A DNA stretch of 64,000 nt from Alphaproteobacteria bacterium (lineage in GTDB: Bacteria > Pseudomonadota > Alphaproteobacteria > MPNO01 > UBA830), in the NCBI GenBank assembly GCA_965243135.1, contig OZ251539.1, positions 128,001 through 192,000 of the forward strand, written 5' to 3'. This document shows positions 28,419-37,789 of this stretch, piece by piece. The notes under the pieces are model-generated. The model was not told the origin of the DNA, made no database searches, and worked only from the letters and a program-made list of their open reading frames with translations. The position numbers were made by a program, and so were the translations under genes. Every line of letters starts with the position of its first letter. The stretch's first letter is position 1.

Positions 28419-31400
28419 ATGGAATGGACTGGCCTTCATGGACGGCTGCTTGCGAGAGCATTCGAAAAATTGCTCGGGAATTCCCAAGCCGGTGCCATGG
28501 CTTTCGTGCGTTGCTTGACGCCGGACGTGGTCGAATCGCTCGCAATGGACGAATCCTTTGTACTAGCTGGCTGGCGAGTTCTGCGGGTTGCCGACGAGGA
28601 GCATACCGAGAATCGGACCATCACCGCGGACAGGGCGGTGGAAATGCGTGAAATGAAAGGCGAAGCTGTCCTGCTCTTGGTCGATACCGACCTCGCTGGC
28701 GCTGGTATGGACGGTATCTACAGTGCCGTCCGGGAAGTGGATGAAGCCAACCTGTTCCAGGAGGCGACACGTCTGGCGACACGTGAGATCGAACAGGATC
28801 TCCTCCGGACGAACCAAAGTTACGCGAAGCAGGCGATCAAGAAGGCGCGAGGATACGGCGGTAGATGTACGGTGTCTCGATGGGCGGAGTTCGACTTTCT
28901 CTGCCGAGTCGCAGTGGGCGACAGGCCGCCGGGAGCTTATCTGCATCTCCTCGGTTTGTGGCCTGTTCTGGATGACGAGGGCAATGGATTCGACGAATCG
29001 CTGAACACCTCGCGCATTTTTGTGGACCGCCTGTTGGGACCCGCCAGCGCGAGCCTTCCACCCGCCTCGCGCATCAAGGCAGTGCGACTTGACGCGAATT
29101 CGGAGAGAGGGGCTGCCGACTTGGAGCGGTTCCTCCACTCGGTGGACACGAAACCGATGCCTACCGTTTTGGAGTGCCTAGCGGAAAGCGAAGCTCTATG
29201 GATCGGTAATCTCAGAACCGAGCCACCGGCGCAATCGATTCGGGGCATCAAACTTAAGTCTTGGCGAACTAAAAACGGTTCTATCGCTAAAGGGTCCGGC
29301 TTGGTTGATAGCGGGGACCCAAACGATCCACCCGCCTTTATTTTGAAACCGGACGCAGACAAGAGCGGTAATTTCTCGACCTTGGAGATTGAGTGGAAGG
29401 CTGATCCGAACGACCTCAAGAAATACGCAGCCGAATATCGAGTCAGCGTCCAGACGGACCAAGACGAGGAACTCGTCGTTCGCGAGGTTTCGCATTCCGC
29501 ACGGAAAAATGGAGAAAAATGCCGCTTCTCCAACGACGATTTTTCGTTGCTTGACGAGGATACGCAACTTGAAGCCAAGATTGTCGTCGAGGTTGTCGGT
29601 AACGACACGATCGAGCGCCAAGAGAGCGAGGACTTCACAATCCGTTTTGGAAATCCTCCGGAACAGGAAACCGTTGGCGTTGCCGCGAAGGTTCGGACAT
29701 TTAGCGAGGGGCTTGTCGAACTGGGAAGTCACGAAGCCGTATCGATGATCGTGTCGGCTCCCGCGGTCACTGAAGATTCCCAAGGCTTTGTCCTGTTGAG
29801 GACGCCTGTCGCACAGGGAGGGCCAAAGAGTTTTCGGGTCTATCGGCCGTCGCTGGTTGCCGAGGTCGAGAGGCAATGGATGGAGAGACAGGGCGAGATA
29901 GGCCGATGGACTGTCAAAGTGCGAGGTTCCGGCGACCGGGCCGAAGCCCCGCAGTTCGAGCCGCTCGACGGCGGCGATAGCGAAGCGTGGGAGCGGACGG
30001 TGGCGGCCAGCCGCAGTTTCGCTGGGCGCTTCGCCCCGGCCGGCGGAGTCGGTCAAGTGTACGACGAAAAGGCCGAAGCATTCAACGCTGTAGAGGAGTA
30101 TCTGCGGGCTTGGGCCGTGCTCTTGGCGGATGGCGGTTCCTTGTTCTCACTCGCTAACACGGTGGAAGTGCGATCATTGTCGGGCCGCACCATCGGCCTC
30201 ATTGTCCTGCCCGCGCATCCGCTGCGGGTAGCGTGGCATGTCGCCTACGACAACCTCGTACTCCATACCGCCTTCGGGCAGGAACAGAGCGCCGGGGATA
30301 TTCGCAACGAGTTTGCTGCCTTGGACGGCGCCATGTTTCCTACGTTCCTTCCGGATCCGAGCGGCGGCGCTTTCGTCTTCGCTGACACGCTTGGTTTCCA
30401 TGCGGTGGGAATGGTGCCGGACGCGGACAAGGAACCCAAGGCTGCGGTAGCGATTCTTGCCCGCGCTCTGGGGGAGGGGAACACCGCCGACACTGCGCCG
30501 ACGGTCGGTAACCAGAGCGCGGCGGTGTTAACGGACGAAATCCTCAAATACTTGGATTGTCATGGCGCTTCCCGGCTGCTGCACATACACGCGCTTCGCG
30601 CTGGCGACGGTCTCACCGTTGCCCGATCGCTCGGTGGAGTTCACGAACGCTATCGGCAAGACGAAGAGAACGACGATGAGGAGGGCTTCGTCTCGACGCC
30701 AGTGTTCTCGCTGGATCTGTACCCATCCGTCGAGCAGCGTGGCGTCGCAGGACGTTTCATTGTGGAGGCGCTTGAAAAGCGCCGCCGCGGCGCGGGCGTT
30801 TTGGCTGCCGAAGATCGCTGGATGCTGGAGTCCCTCAGCTTTCCTGGAGGTATCAATATGCCTCGGTTACGATGGGCGCGAAAGGACCAGCGAAATCCGA
30901 GTACGGCTGCGCATCTGGCGATTGCGTTCGACACGTTCGAGTCCCGTGCTGTCGTGGATAACGGAAATACAATGAGCGAGGCGCGAAGCTCTGGTCCGCA
31001 TCACGCTTTCGGTCTGCTATTGTCCTACGAACGGCATTATTCAGGCCAGCCTTCACCTGAATGGGTCAGCGCCGTCCCTCCTGCGACGGAAGGCGAAAAA
31101 CATCCGTCCCGCCGTGCGCACACTGAAAGGCTTGCGCTTCTCCGGGAAGTTATACAAGGTGCCGTTTCCCGTCACCTCGGTGGGGGAACCGGGATCCCTA
31201 TACTGAAGACGGAAATTTCCCGCGAGAAGGCGGATAGCCTCGCTGAGTTGCACCGGCTCTGCGATTGGGTCGTCACGCTGGATCGCAACGCGGGCATTGA
31301 GTACTTCGATTCTCCGGAAGACAGCCGGGAAATCTACGACGCCTACGTGATCGACTGCGTGCCGGAGCGAGAAGACTTGGGTTGCCTTCAGTTGATCACG

Positions 31401-33383
31401 TCGACCGCGAACCTGGACGAAGTTCGCGGCTTGCTCGACGACGCGCTTGATCAAATGGGGTTAAGCCGGAGTCGCCGCAACGCAGAGTTTCTCTTGAGGC
31501 ATCTGAAGGCGCTCAGTGGACGATTTGCCCTTCGCCTTACCGGACACAAGCCAGCCGGACTGGATCTCCTCGCTCTGGCGATGTCTCGGGCCAACTGCCA
31601 ACTGACGTCGGGGAGCGACGATTGTTGGGTGTCTCTGAATCAGGGGTTCATTATTCCGGTTGGGGATATCGAAGATCTGCTCACTCCCTTGACTGGCGAC
31701 AAAGATGAAACGGGATCGTGTTCGGGGCTGATTTACGTTGCTTGGGAATCCCGCAGGGGCCTTGCTTTCAGGTTCCTTGAAGTGAAGTATTGCCGTGATC
31801 TGCGGAACGCTCGATCGCCCGATATCTTGCAGCAGATCGATCGGAAACTTCGGTCGGCGCGCGGACGATGGGATGCGTACTACGGCCATGAAGACGCATG
31901 TGCTGCGTTCCGAGCGGTCCGCCGCGCCAAGCTGGCCCGCGTGCTGCGTTTTTATGCCGATAAGGCGAGCAGGCACGGCATGCCGACGGAGCGGCACAAG
32001 GCCCTTCTTGAGGAAATCGACCGCATGATTGCAAGAGGGGGAGACTATGCCTTCGCTGATTCTGCGGCAGGTGACCGCGGTTGGGTGTTTTGTCCTGAAT
32101 ACGCTGGCCGCCGCCCGCTGAGAATTTCTCCCGATGACTGGAACACGCCGATCTTCATGTTCGGTCCTGCCCTCTTGCCGGACTCGGATTTCGGCTTCGA
32201 CGCGGCATCCTCCGAGCCGTTGGACAAGCCAACCCGCTCGACGTTGGGCCAAACGGAACCCGAAAGCGACCCGAAATCCGGAAGAACGGACGGTTTGGGA
32301 AAGTCGGAGGGTGACGTTGCCGTCTCGGACGACGACGATTCCATTCCGGCGATTGGCCTTGGCAAAAACGTCGCCACGAACGCCGATGTCCATTGGCGTC
32401 TAGGGATCGACGGCAATCCTCATCTCCTGATCGCCGGTTTGCCGGGTATGGGCAAAACCACCTGTCTGGTGAACATGTGCAAGCAAATGGTCGCTGCGAA
32501 CGTCCAGCCTCTGGTTTTTTCCTATCATCAGGATATCGACGAGAGGCTCGAAAAAGCCGTCGGAACGATCCGTTTCGTCGACTTCGATGGACTCGGTTTC
32601 AACCCGCTACAGGTGATCGACCGAAATGCGCGCATGGCGCATCTCGATGTCGCCGGGGCCGTGCGGGATATCTTCGCCGCCATCTATCCCGAAATCGGAG
32701 ACATACAGGCGGACCGTATTCGCAAAGCCATCAAGGAAAGCTTCGAAGAGGCAGGCTGGGCGTCCGGCGAAGCTGCCGCTTCGGAGCCGGCGTTCAGGCG
32801 CTTCGTTGAAATTCTGCGTGCCGATCCAAATCCGGATAAGGGGCTGCGCACGTTGCTTGCGCGCCTCGGAGAACTGGACGATTACGGTTTCTTCGAGACG
32901 GGCGACGAAGCGCAGGGAATTCTGTGGGACAGCGAACGGCCTACTGTCGTTCGCATTCACGCGACGCAGAATGACAACTTGCAAAAAGCGTTCGCGTATC
33001 TCGTCTTCTATGGCTTGTACAAGGACATGTTCCGCCGGGGGATGCAGGGTCGGATCACTCACGCGTTGATTTTCGACGAGGCGCATCGCGCCGCCCGCCT
33101 CAAGCTCGTTCCGACGATGGCGAAGGAGTGCCGCAAATACGGTATCTCTTTGGTCCTTGCGTCCCAGGAGGCGCGGGATTTCGATATTTCCGTGTTTTCT
33201 GCCGTCGCTAACTATCTCGTTCTCCGTTCGACCGAAACCGATGCGAAATTTCTCGTCAGGAACGTTTCGAACTCGAAGCAAGAGCGGGATCTGATTGATC
33301 GGATCAAGCAAATGGACAAATTCAAAGCCCTCTACTTCGGAGAAGGAAAAAGCCGACCTTCGTATCTGGCCTTGTCGCCATAA
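28419..33383 (+). CDS. Large HerA/FtsK-type ATPase (Mad8/DptH-like)
   Basis: 1654 aa. C-terminal NPHLLIAGLPGMGKT (Walker A), LIFDEAH (Walker B), ECRKYGISLVLASQ (HerA R-finger/Q). Also P.HPLR..W, CDWVVTLDRN and a PD-(D/E)xK-like LIYV...LEVKY segment. Confidence 0.85.
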   Translation: MEWTGLHGRLLARAFEKLLGNSQAGAMAFVRCLTPDVVESLAMDESFVLAGWRVLRVADEEHTENRTITADRAVEMREMKGEAVLLLVDTDLAGAGMDGIYSAVREVDEANLFQEATRLATREIEQDLLRTNQSYAKQAIKKARGYGGRCTVSRWAEFDFLCRVAVGDRPPGAYLHLLGLWPVLDDEGNGFDESLNTSRIFVDRLLGPASASLPPASRIKAVRLDANSERGAADLERFLHSVDTKPMPTVLECLAESEALWIGNLRTEPPAQSIRGIKLKSWRTKNGSIAKGSGLVDSGDPNDPPAFILKPDADKSGNFSTLEIEWKADPNDLKKYAAEYRVSVQTDQDEELVVREVSHSARKNGEKCRFSNDDFSLLDEDTQLEAKIVVEVVGNDTIERQESEDFTIRFGNPPEQETVGVAAKVRTFSEGLVELGSHEAVSMIVSAPAVTEDSQGFVLLRTPVAQGGPKSFRVYRPSLVAEVERQWMERQGEIGRWTVKVRGSGDRAEAPQFEPLDGGDSEAWERTVAASRSFAGRFAPAGGVGQVYDEKAEAFNAVEEYLRAWAVLLADGGSLFSLANTVEVRSLSGRTIGLIVLPAHPLRVAWHVAYDNLVLHTAFGQEQSAGDIRNEFAALDGAMFPTFLPDPSGGAFVFADTLGFHAVGMVPDADKEPKAAVAILARALGEGNTADTAPTVGNQSAAVLTDEILKYLDCHGASRLLHIHALRAGDGLTVARSLGGVHERYRQDEENDDEEGFVSTPVFSLDLYPSVEQRGVAGRFIVEALEKRRRGAGVLAAEDRWMLESLSFPGGINMPRLRWARKDQRNPSTAAHLAIAFDTFESRAVVDNGNTMSEARSSGPHHAFGLLLSYERHYSGQPSPEWVSAVPPATEGEKHPSRRAHTERLALLREVIQGAVSRHLGGGTGIPILKTEISREKADSLAELHRLCDWVVTLDRNAGIEYFDSPEDSREIYDAYVIDCVPEREDLGCLQLITSTANLDEVRGLLDDALDQMGLSRSRRNAEFLLRHLKALSGRFALRLTGHKPAGLDLLALAMSRANCQLTSGSDDCWVSLNQGFIIPVGDIEDLLTPLTGDKDETGSCSGLIYVAWESRRGLAFRFLEVKYCRDLRNARSPDILQQIDRKLRSARGRWDAYYGHEDACAAFRAVRRAKLARVLRFYADKASRHGMPTERHKALLEEIDRMIARGGDYAFADSAAGDRGWVFCPEYAGRRPLRISPDDWNTPIFMFGPALLPDSDFGFDAASSEPLDKPTRSTLGQTEPESDPKSGRTDGLGKSEGDVAVSDDDDSIPAIGLGKNVATNADVHWRLGIDGNPHLLIAGLPGMGKTTCLVNMCKQMVAANVQPLVFSYHQDIDERLEKAVGTIRFVDFDGLGFNPLQVIDRNARMAHLDVAGAVRDIFAAIYPEIGDIQADRIRKAIKESFEEAGWASGEAAASEPAFRRFVEILRADPNPDKGLRTLLARLGELDDYGFFETGDEAQGILWDSERPTVVRIHATQNDNLQKAFAYLVFYGLYKDMFRRGMQGRITHALIFDEAHRAARLKLVPTMAKECRKYGISLVLASQEARDFDISVFSAVANYLVLRSTETDAKFLVRNVSNSKQERDLIDRIKQMDKFKALYFGEGKSRPSYLALSP

Positions 33384-33935
33384 TTATGCGGTTCGCCGTG
33401 ACGTGAATACTGGGGATCGAAAATGAACAAGGCCGCTGACCGTGTACTATAGTGATGACGATTGGCTGGCCTTGAGCATGAACCCGGACGAATCCAGCGA
33501 GGAGACCGGAATTCTTGCTGCGGTCGAGATCTATGGGACGGCTAGGTCGTCGACCGGTGCCACGGCCGAGCCGGAAGGATCGTTCAGGGTGTCTTTTCTG
33601 AACAAGTTGGCAGCCTGCGACGCGTCCGATATTTCGGAAGATGGGCTTCGAAGTGACGTGGTCGTCGCGCGGCGTCATCCGTAACGGGCCCGTTGTGATG
33701 TCCGGCGTACTTGCTTCGTCTACTTGTTTCGTCCGCCGCCGACCGTGGCGGCGGGTCCGGCTGGGGGCGGAAGACACGGCATCCTCTATCTTTCCGAACC
33801 GAAGCGGTTCGTGCGCGTCCGGCGGAGCGGCCGCGCATGTGCGTTGCCGAACGGCGGGACGACTTGAGGGGGCTGTTCGTTGACGGGTTTGCGAACGCAA
33901 GTGCGCTTCGGACATGAACGGAAGGCGCTCCGCGC

Positions 33936-35270
33936 ATGACCGAACCGAACTGCGCAGCCATCGTCCTCGCCGCCGGCAAGGGCACCCGCATGAAATCGGA
34001 TCTGCCGAAGGTGCTGCACCGGGTGGCCGGCAGGCCCATGATTCTGCACCTTCTCGACGCGCTGGACGATGCGGCGGTGACGCGCAGGGTCGTCGTCGTC
34101 GCGCCCGGCATGGACGAGGTCGCCGCCGCGGTCGCGCCGGCGCCGGTCGCGATCCAGGCGGAAGCCTTGGGCACGGGGCACGGGGCCTTGGCGGCGCGGG
34201 ACGCGCTCGACGGTTTCGCGGGCGACATCCTTGTCCTGTTCGGCGATACCCCGCTGCTGCGGCCGGAAACGATCCGGAGGATGCTCGAGGCCAGACGAGC
34301 CGGTTCCGCCCTTGTCGCGCTCGGCTTCAGGCCCGCCGACCCGGCGGAGTACGGCAGGCTGGTGGTCGCCGGGGACGGTGGATTGCGGTCCATCGTCGAA
34401 TACCGCGACGCATCCGAGGAACAGCGCGCCATCGGACTGTGCAACGCGGGAATCATGGCGGTCGACGGCGCGGTTCTGTTCTCCCTGCTGGAGGCCGTGG
34501 GAAACGACAACGCGAAGGCCGAATACTATCTGACCGGCATCGTCGCGGTCGCCCGCGCCCGCGGACTGCCTTGCTCCGTCGTCGAAGCGTTCGATCCTCT
34601 GGAGATGATGGGCGTGAACGGACGCGCCGATCTCGCGGCCGCCGAGGCGGCGATGCAGGCCCGCCTTCGCGCCCGGGCGATGGCGGGCGGCGCGACCCTG
34701 ATCGATCCCGAAACCGTCTGGTTCGCCGCCGACACGCGGATCGGACGCGACGTGACGATCGGCCCCTGCGTCGCGTTCGGGCCCGGCGTGACGATCGGCG
34801 ACTCCGCGGAGATCCGCGCCTTCAGCCATATCGAGGGAGCGAAGATCGAAGCCGGCGCCGTCGTCGGCCCGTTCGCGCGCCTGCGGCCCGGCGCGGAAAT
34901 CGGACGCGGCGCGCGCATCGGCAACTTCGTCGAGATCAAGGAGGCGCTCGTCGGAGAGGACGCGCGCATCGGCCACCTTTCCTATGTCGGCGACGCGAAA
35001 GTCGGCGACCGCGCCAACATCGGGGCTGGAACGATCACCTGCAATTACGACGGTTTCTCGAAGCACAGGACGGACATCGGCGCCGGCGCCTTCATTGGAT
35101 CCAACGCCGCGCTCGTGGCGCCGGTAACCGTCGGGGACGGCGCGGTCGTCGGAGCCGGCTCGGTCGTCACCGTCGCGGTCGGGCGCGACGCGCTCGCCGT
35201 CGCACGGGGCAGGCAGCGGAATCTGGAAGGTTGGGCCAGAGCCTTCCGCAAGCGGAAGGCGAACGGCTGA
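33936..35270 (+). CDS. glmU: Bifunctional UDP-GlcNAc pyrophosphorylase / glucosamine-1-P acetyltransferase
   Basis: LAAGKGTRMKSDLPKVLH, EYYLT, GPFARLRPG, GNFVEIK, HLSYVGDA, GAGTITCNYDG. Confidence 0.97.
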   Translation: MTEPNCAAIVLAAGKGTRMKSDLPKVLHRVAGRPMILHLLDALDDAAVTRRVVVVAPGMDEVAAAVAPAPVAIQAEALGTGHGALAARDALDGFAGDILVLFGDTPLLRPETIRRMLEARRAGSALVALGFRPADPAEYGRLVVAGDGGLRSIVEYRDASEEQRAIGLCNAGIMAVDGAVLFSLLEAVGNDNAKAEYYLTGIVAVARARGLPCSVVEAFDPLEMMGVNGRADLAAAEAAMQARLRARAMAGGATLIDPETVWFAADTRIGRDVTIGPCVAFGPGVTIGDSAEIRAFSHIEGAKIEAGAVVGPFARLRPGAEIGRGARIGNFVEIKEALVGEDARIGHLSYVGDAKVGDRANIGAGTITCNYDGFSKHRTDIGAGAFIGSNAALVAPVTVGDGAVVGAGSVVTVAVGRDALAVARGRQRNLEGWARAFRKRKANG

Positions 35271-37087
35271 TGTGCGGCATCATCGGCATCATCGGCAGGG
35301 CCGAGGCCGCGCCGCTTCTGCTCGACGGACTGCGGCGGCTCGAATACCGCGGGTACGATTCCGCCGGCGTCGCCACCCTGGTCGGCGGCGGCATCGAACG
35401 GCGGCGCGCCGAGGGCAAGATCGACAGGCTCGCCGCGCTGCTGGAATCGCGGCCGCTGTCCGGAACCATCGGCATCGGCCACACCCGCTGGGCGACTCAC
35501 GGATCGCCGAACGAAACCAATGCCCATCCGCACGCCGACGGCCGCGTCGTGCTGGTGCACAACGGAATCATCGAGAACTTCCGGGAGCTTCGCCGCGAAC
35601 TCGCCGACGCCGGGCGCGAATTCACGACGGAAACCGACACCGAGGCCGTGGTCCACCTCGTCAGCAGCCATCTCGCGGCGGGCTGCGCGCCGGCCGAGGC
35701 GGTCGCGTTCGCGCTCGAACGGCTGGAGGGCGCGTTCGCGCTCGCCATGCTCTTCGCCGGACATCACGACCTGATGATCGCCGCCCGCCGCGGAAGCCCG
35801 CTCGCCGTCGGCTACGGCGACGGCGAAATGTACGTGGGCTCCGACTCCCTCGCGCTCGCGCCGCTCACCCGGCGCATCTGCTTTCTCGAAGAAGGGGACT
35901 GGGCCGAGGTCTCCGCTTCCGGCGCCGTCGTTCGCGACCGGTCCGGCGCGGTCGTCGAACGCGAGATCCGGCAGACCGTGGCCTCGGGCGCGATGATCGG
36001 CAAGGGGAATTACCCTCACTTCATGCTCAAGGAAATCTACGAGCAGCCGGCGGCGATCGGCGACGCGCTGCGCTCCGTCGCCGGGAGCGGCGGCGTCGCG
36101 TTGCCGGAGCTGTCCATCGATCCCCGGTCGATTCCGCGAGTGTCGATCGTCGCCTGCGGCACGTCCTTCCACGCCGGCATGGTCGCGCGTTACTGGATCG
36201 AGAGGATCGCCCGGATTCCGGCCGACGTCGAGATCGCGTCCGAGTTCCGCTACCGCGGCGTCGACATGCCGCCGGGCGGGCTGGCGCTGTTCGTTTCGCA
36301 GTCGGGCGAAACCGCCGACACGCTGGCGGCGCTGAGGTACGCCCGCGACCGGGGCCAGCGCGTGCTGTCCGTGGTCAACCACGCGGAAAGCACCATGGCG
36401 CGCGAGTCCCACGCGGTCCTCCTCACCCGCGCCGGACCGGAAATCGGCGTCGCTTCCACCAAGGCGTTCACGACGCAGCTGACCGTCCTGGCCGGCCTGG
36501 CGGTCGGCATGGCGTCCGCGCGCGGCCGGATCGACGGGGATCGCGAGGCGGCGCTCTGCCGCGCGCTGGCGGAAGTGCCGTCGCGGGCGAACGAGGTGCT
36601 GGTTCGCGACGAGGCCGTCGCCGCTCTCGCGCGGAAGGTCGCCGATGCGCGGGACGTTCTCTATCTCGGGCGCGGCACGAGTTACCCCGTCGCGTTGGAG
36701 GGCGCCCTCAAGCTCAAGGAGATTTCCTACATCCATGCCGAGGGTTACGCCGCCGGGGAAATGAAGCATGGACCGATCGCCCTGATCGACGACCAGGTGC
36801 CGGTGGTCGCGATCGCGCCGACGGACGATCTCTTCGACAAGACGGAGTCCAATCTGCAGGAAGTCGCCGCGCGCGGCGGCCGCGTGATCCTGTTCTCGGA
36901 CGCGGCGGGAATCGAACGGCTGGGCGACCTCGCGGCGGCGGGAATCGAACTGCCCGCCGTCGATCCCTTCGTCGCTCCGATCCTTTACGCCGTCCCGGTG
37001 CAGTTGCTGGCGTACCACGTCGCCGTGCTCAAGGGGACGGACGTCGACCAGCCGCGCAACCTCGCGAAGTCGGTGACAGTGGAATAG
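35270..37087 (+). CDS. glmS: Glutamine-fructose-6-phosphate transaminase (isomerizing)
   Basis: True start ATG 35270 (TGATG overlap): MCGIIG, LEYRGYDSAG, HTRWATHG, SQSGETADT, C-terminal DQPRNLAKSVTVE. Confidence 0.98.
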   Translation: MCGIIGIIGRAEAAPLLLDGLRRLEYRGYDSAGVATLVGGGIERRRAEGKIDRLAALLESRPLSGTIGIGHTRWATHGSPNETNAHPHADGRVVLVHNGIIENFRELRRELADAGREFTTETDTEAVVHLVSSHLAAGCAPAEAVAFALERLEGAFALAMLFAGHHDLMIAARRGSPLAVGYGDGEMYVGSDSLALAPLTRRICFLEEGDWAEVSASGAVVRDRSGAVVEREIRQTVASGAMIGKGNYPHFMLKEIYEQPAAIGDALRSVAGSGGVALPELSIDPRSIPRVSIVACGTSFHAGMVARYWIERIARIPADVEIASEFRYRGVDMPPGGLALFVSQSGETADTLAALRYARDRGQRVLSVVNHAESTMARESHAVLLTRAGPEIGVASTKAFTTQLTVLAGLAVGMASARGRIDGDREAALCRALAEVPSRANEVLVRDEAVAALARKVADARDVLYLGRGTSYPVALEGALKLKEISYIHAEGYAAGEMKHGPIALIDDQVPVVAIAPTDDLFDKTESNLQEVAARGGRVILFSDAAGIERLGDLAAAGIELPAVDPFVAPILYAVPVQLLAYHVAVLKGTDVDQPRNLAKSVTVE

Positions 37088-37101
37088 CGCGCCGGCGGTC
37101 C

Positions 37102-37689
37102 GAGCCGCGCGCTCTGTTCGTGACGTCTTGAAATGCGGACAGCTTTCAAGGGGCGCAATTTTTGCTCGGGTACGGAAAACTGCGAATTTTCCGTACCGAT
37201 GCCGGGATTTTCGCAGATTCCACCCCAAGGCCGGCCGGACGCCGCCTTCCTGCGGAACGGCCGCGCCGGGCAAAAACCGGCCAAGGGGTTCGCCGCGGGT
37301 AGTGTTGTCGGCATCCGCAACGCTGCGAGATGCCCACGGAACATTCTTTTCCTGGGTCGACAGCCCGTGCGACCTCCAGCGTCTGGCGACGGTTCTCGAA
37401 GCGCTGCTGGAGCGGCGAGCGGCGCAGGCGCGACGACTACCCGATTGGCGTGGCGCGCGACGGTCGCCGGCCTTCAGCACGAGCGGGTCGCTGATTCGGG
37501 AACCCAACCGCAACCCGGCGCGCGTTGTGCGGATCCGCTCGACTGGCAGGGCAAGCCGAAGGCCAAGGACGGCGGCAAGCCGCAAACGCCATCTCCGGTC
37601 CCGAAACCAATGCCCGGCGGGGCGTTCCAGGGACCGCGGGACGTCAGCCGGGCGGCAGGCCGACAAAAATGGCGCAGCGCGAACGGCTC
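37102..37689. mobile_element. MITE-like dispersed repeat, copy B (longer)
   Basis: GAGCCG...CGGCTC ends; homologous to 17567-17904 with extra internal sequence; begins 14 bp after the glmS stop. Confidence 0.7.
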
Positions 37690-37710
37690 TCTTGAACATT
37701 TCATAAATGC

Positions 37711-37731
37711 TCTATAAGTTCGTCTTATAGA
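37711..37731. promoter_or_regulatory. Perfect palindrome in the AT-rich region upstream of rpn
   Basis: TCTATAAG-ttcgt-CTTATAGA, about 60 bp before the rpn ATG. Confidence 0.4.
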
Positions 37732-37789
37732 TTGACTTTCGGCACGCGCCCCCGCCGACCGGGGCGCCGACCGGGGAGGAGAAGGAACG

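Noticed and set aside
33442-33684. 80-aa ORF after the defence operon
   Set aside because: No recognisable motif or clear RBS; may be a gene remnant but cannot be supported.
33914-37087. 1057-aa apparent N-terminally extended GlmS
   Set aside because: The first ~450 codons are an off-frame reading of glmU; GlmS needs its N-terminal Cys (MCG at 35270).
37050-37130. Tn7 insertion at attTn7 downstream of glmS
   Set aside because: The glmS 3' end is present, but no tns genes, no recognisable Tn7 ends and no 5-bp duplication were seen; the adjacent sequence is the MITE-like repeat.
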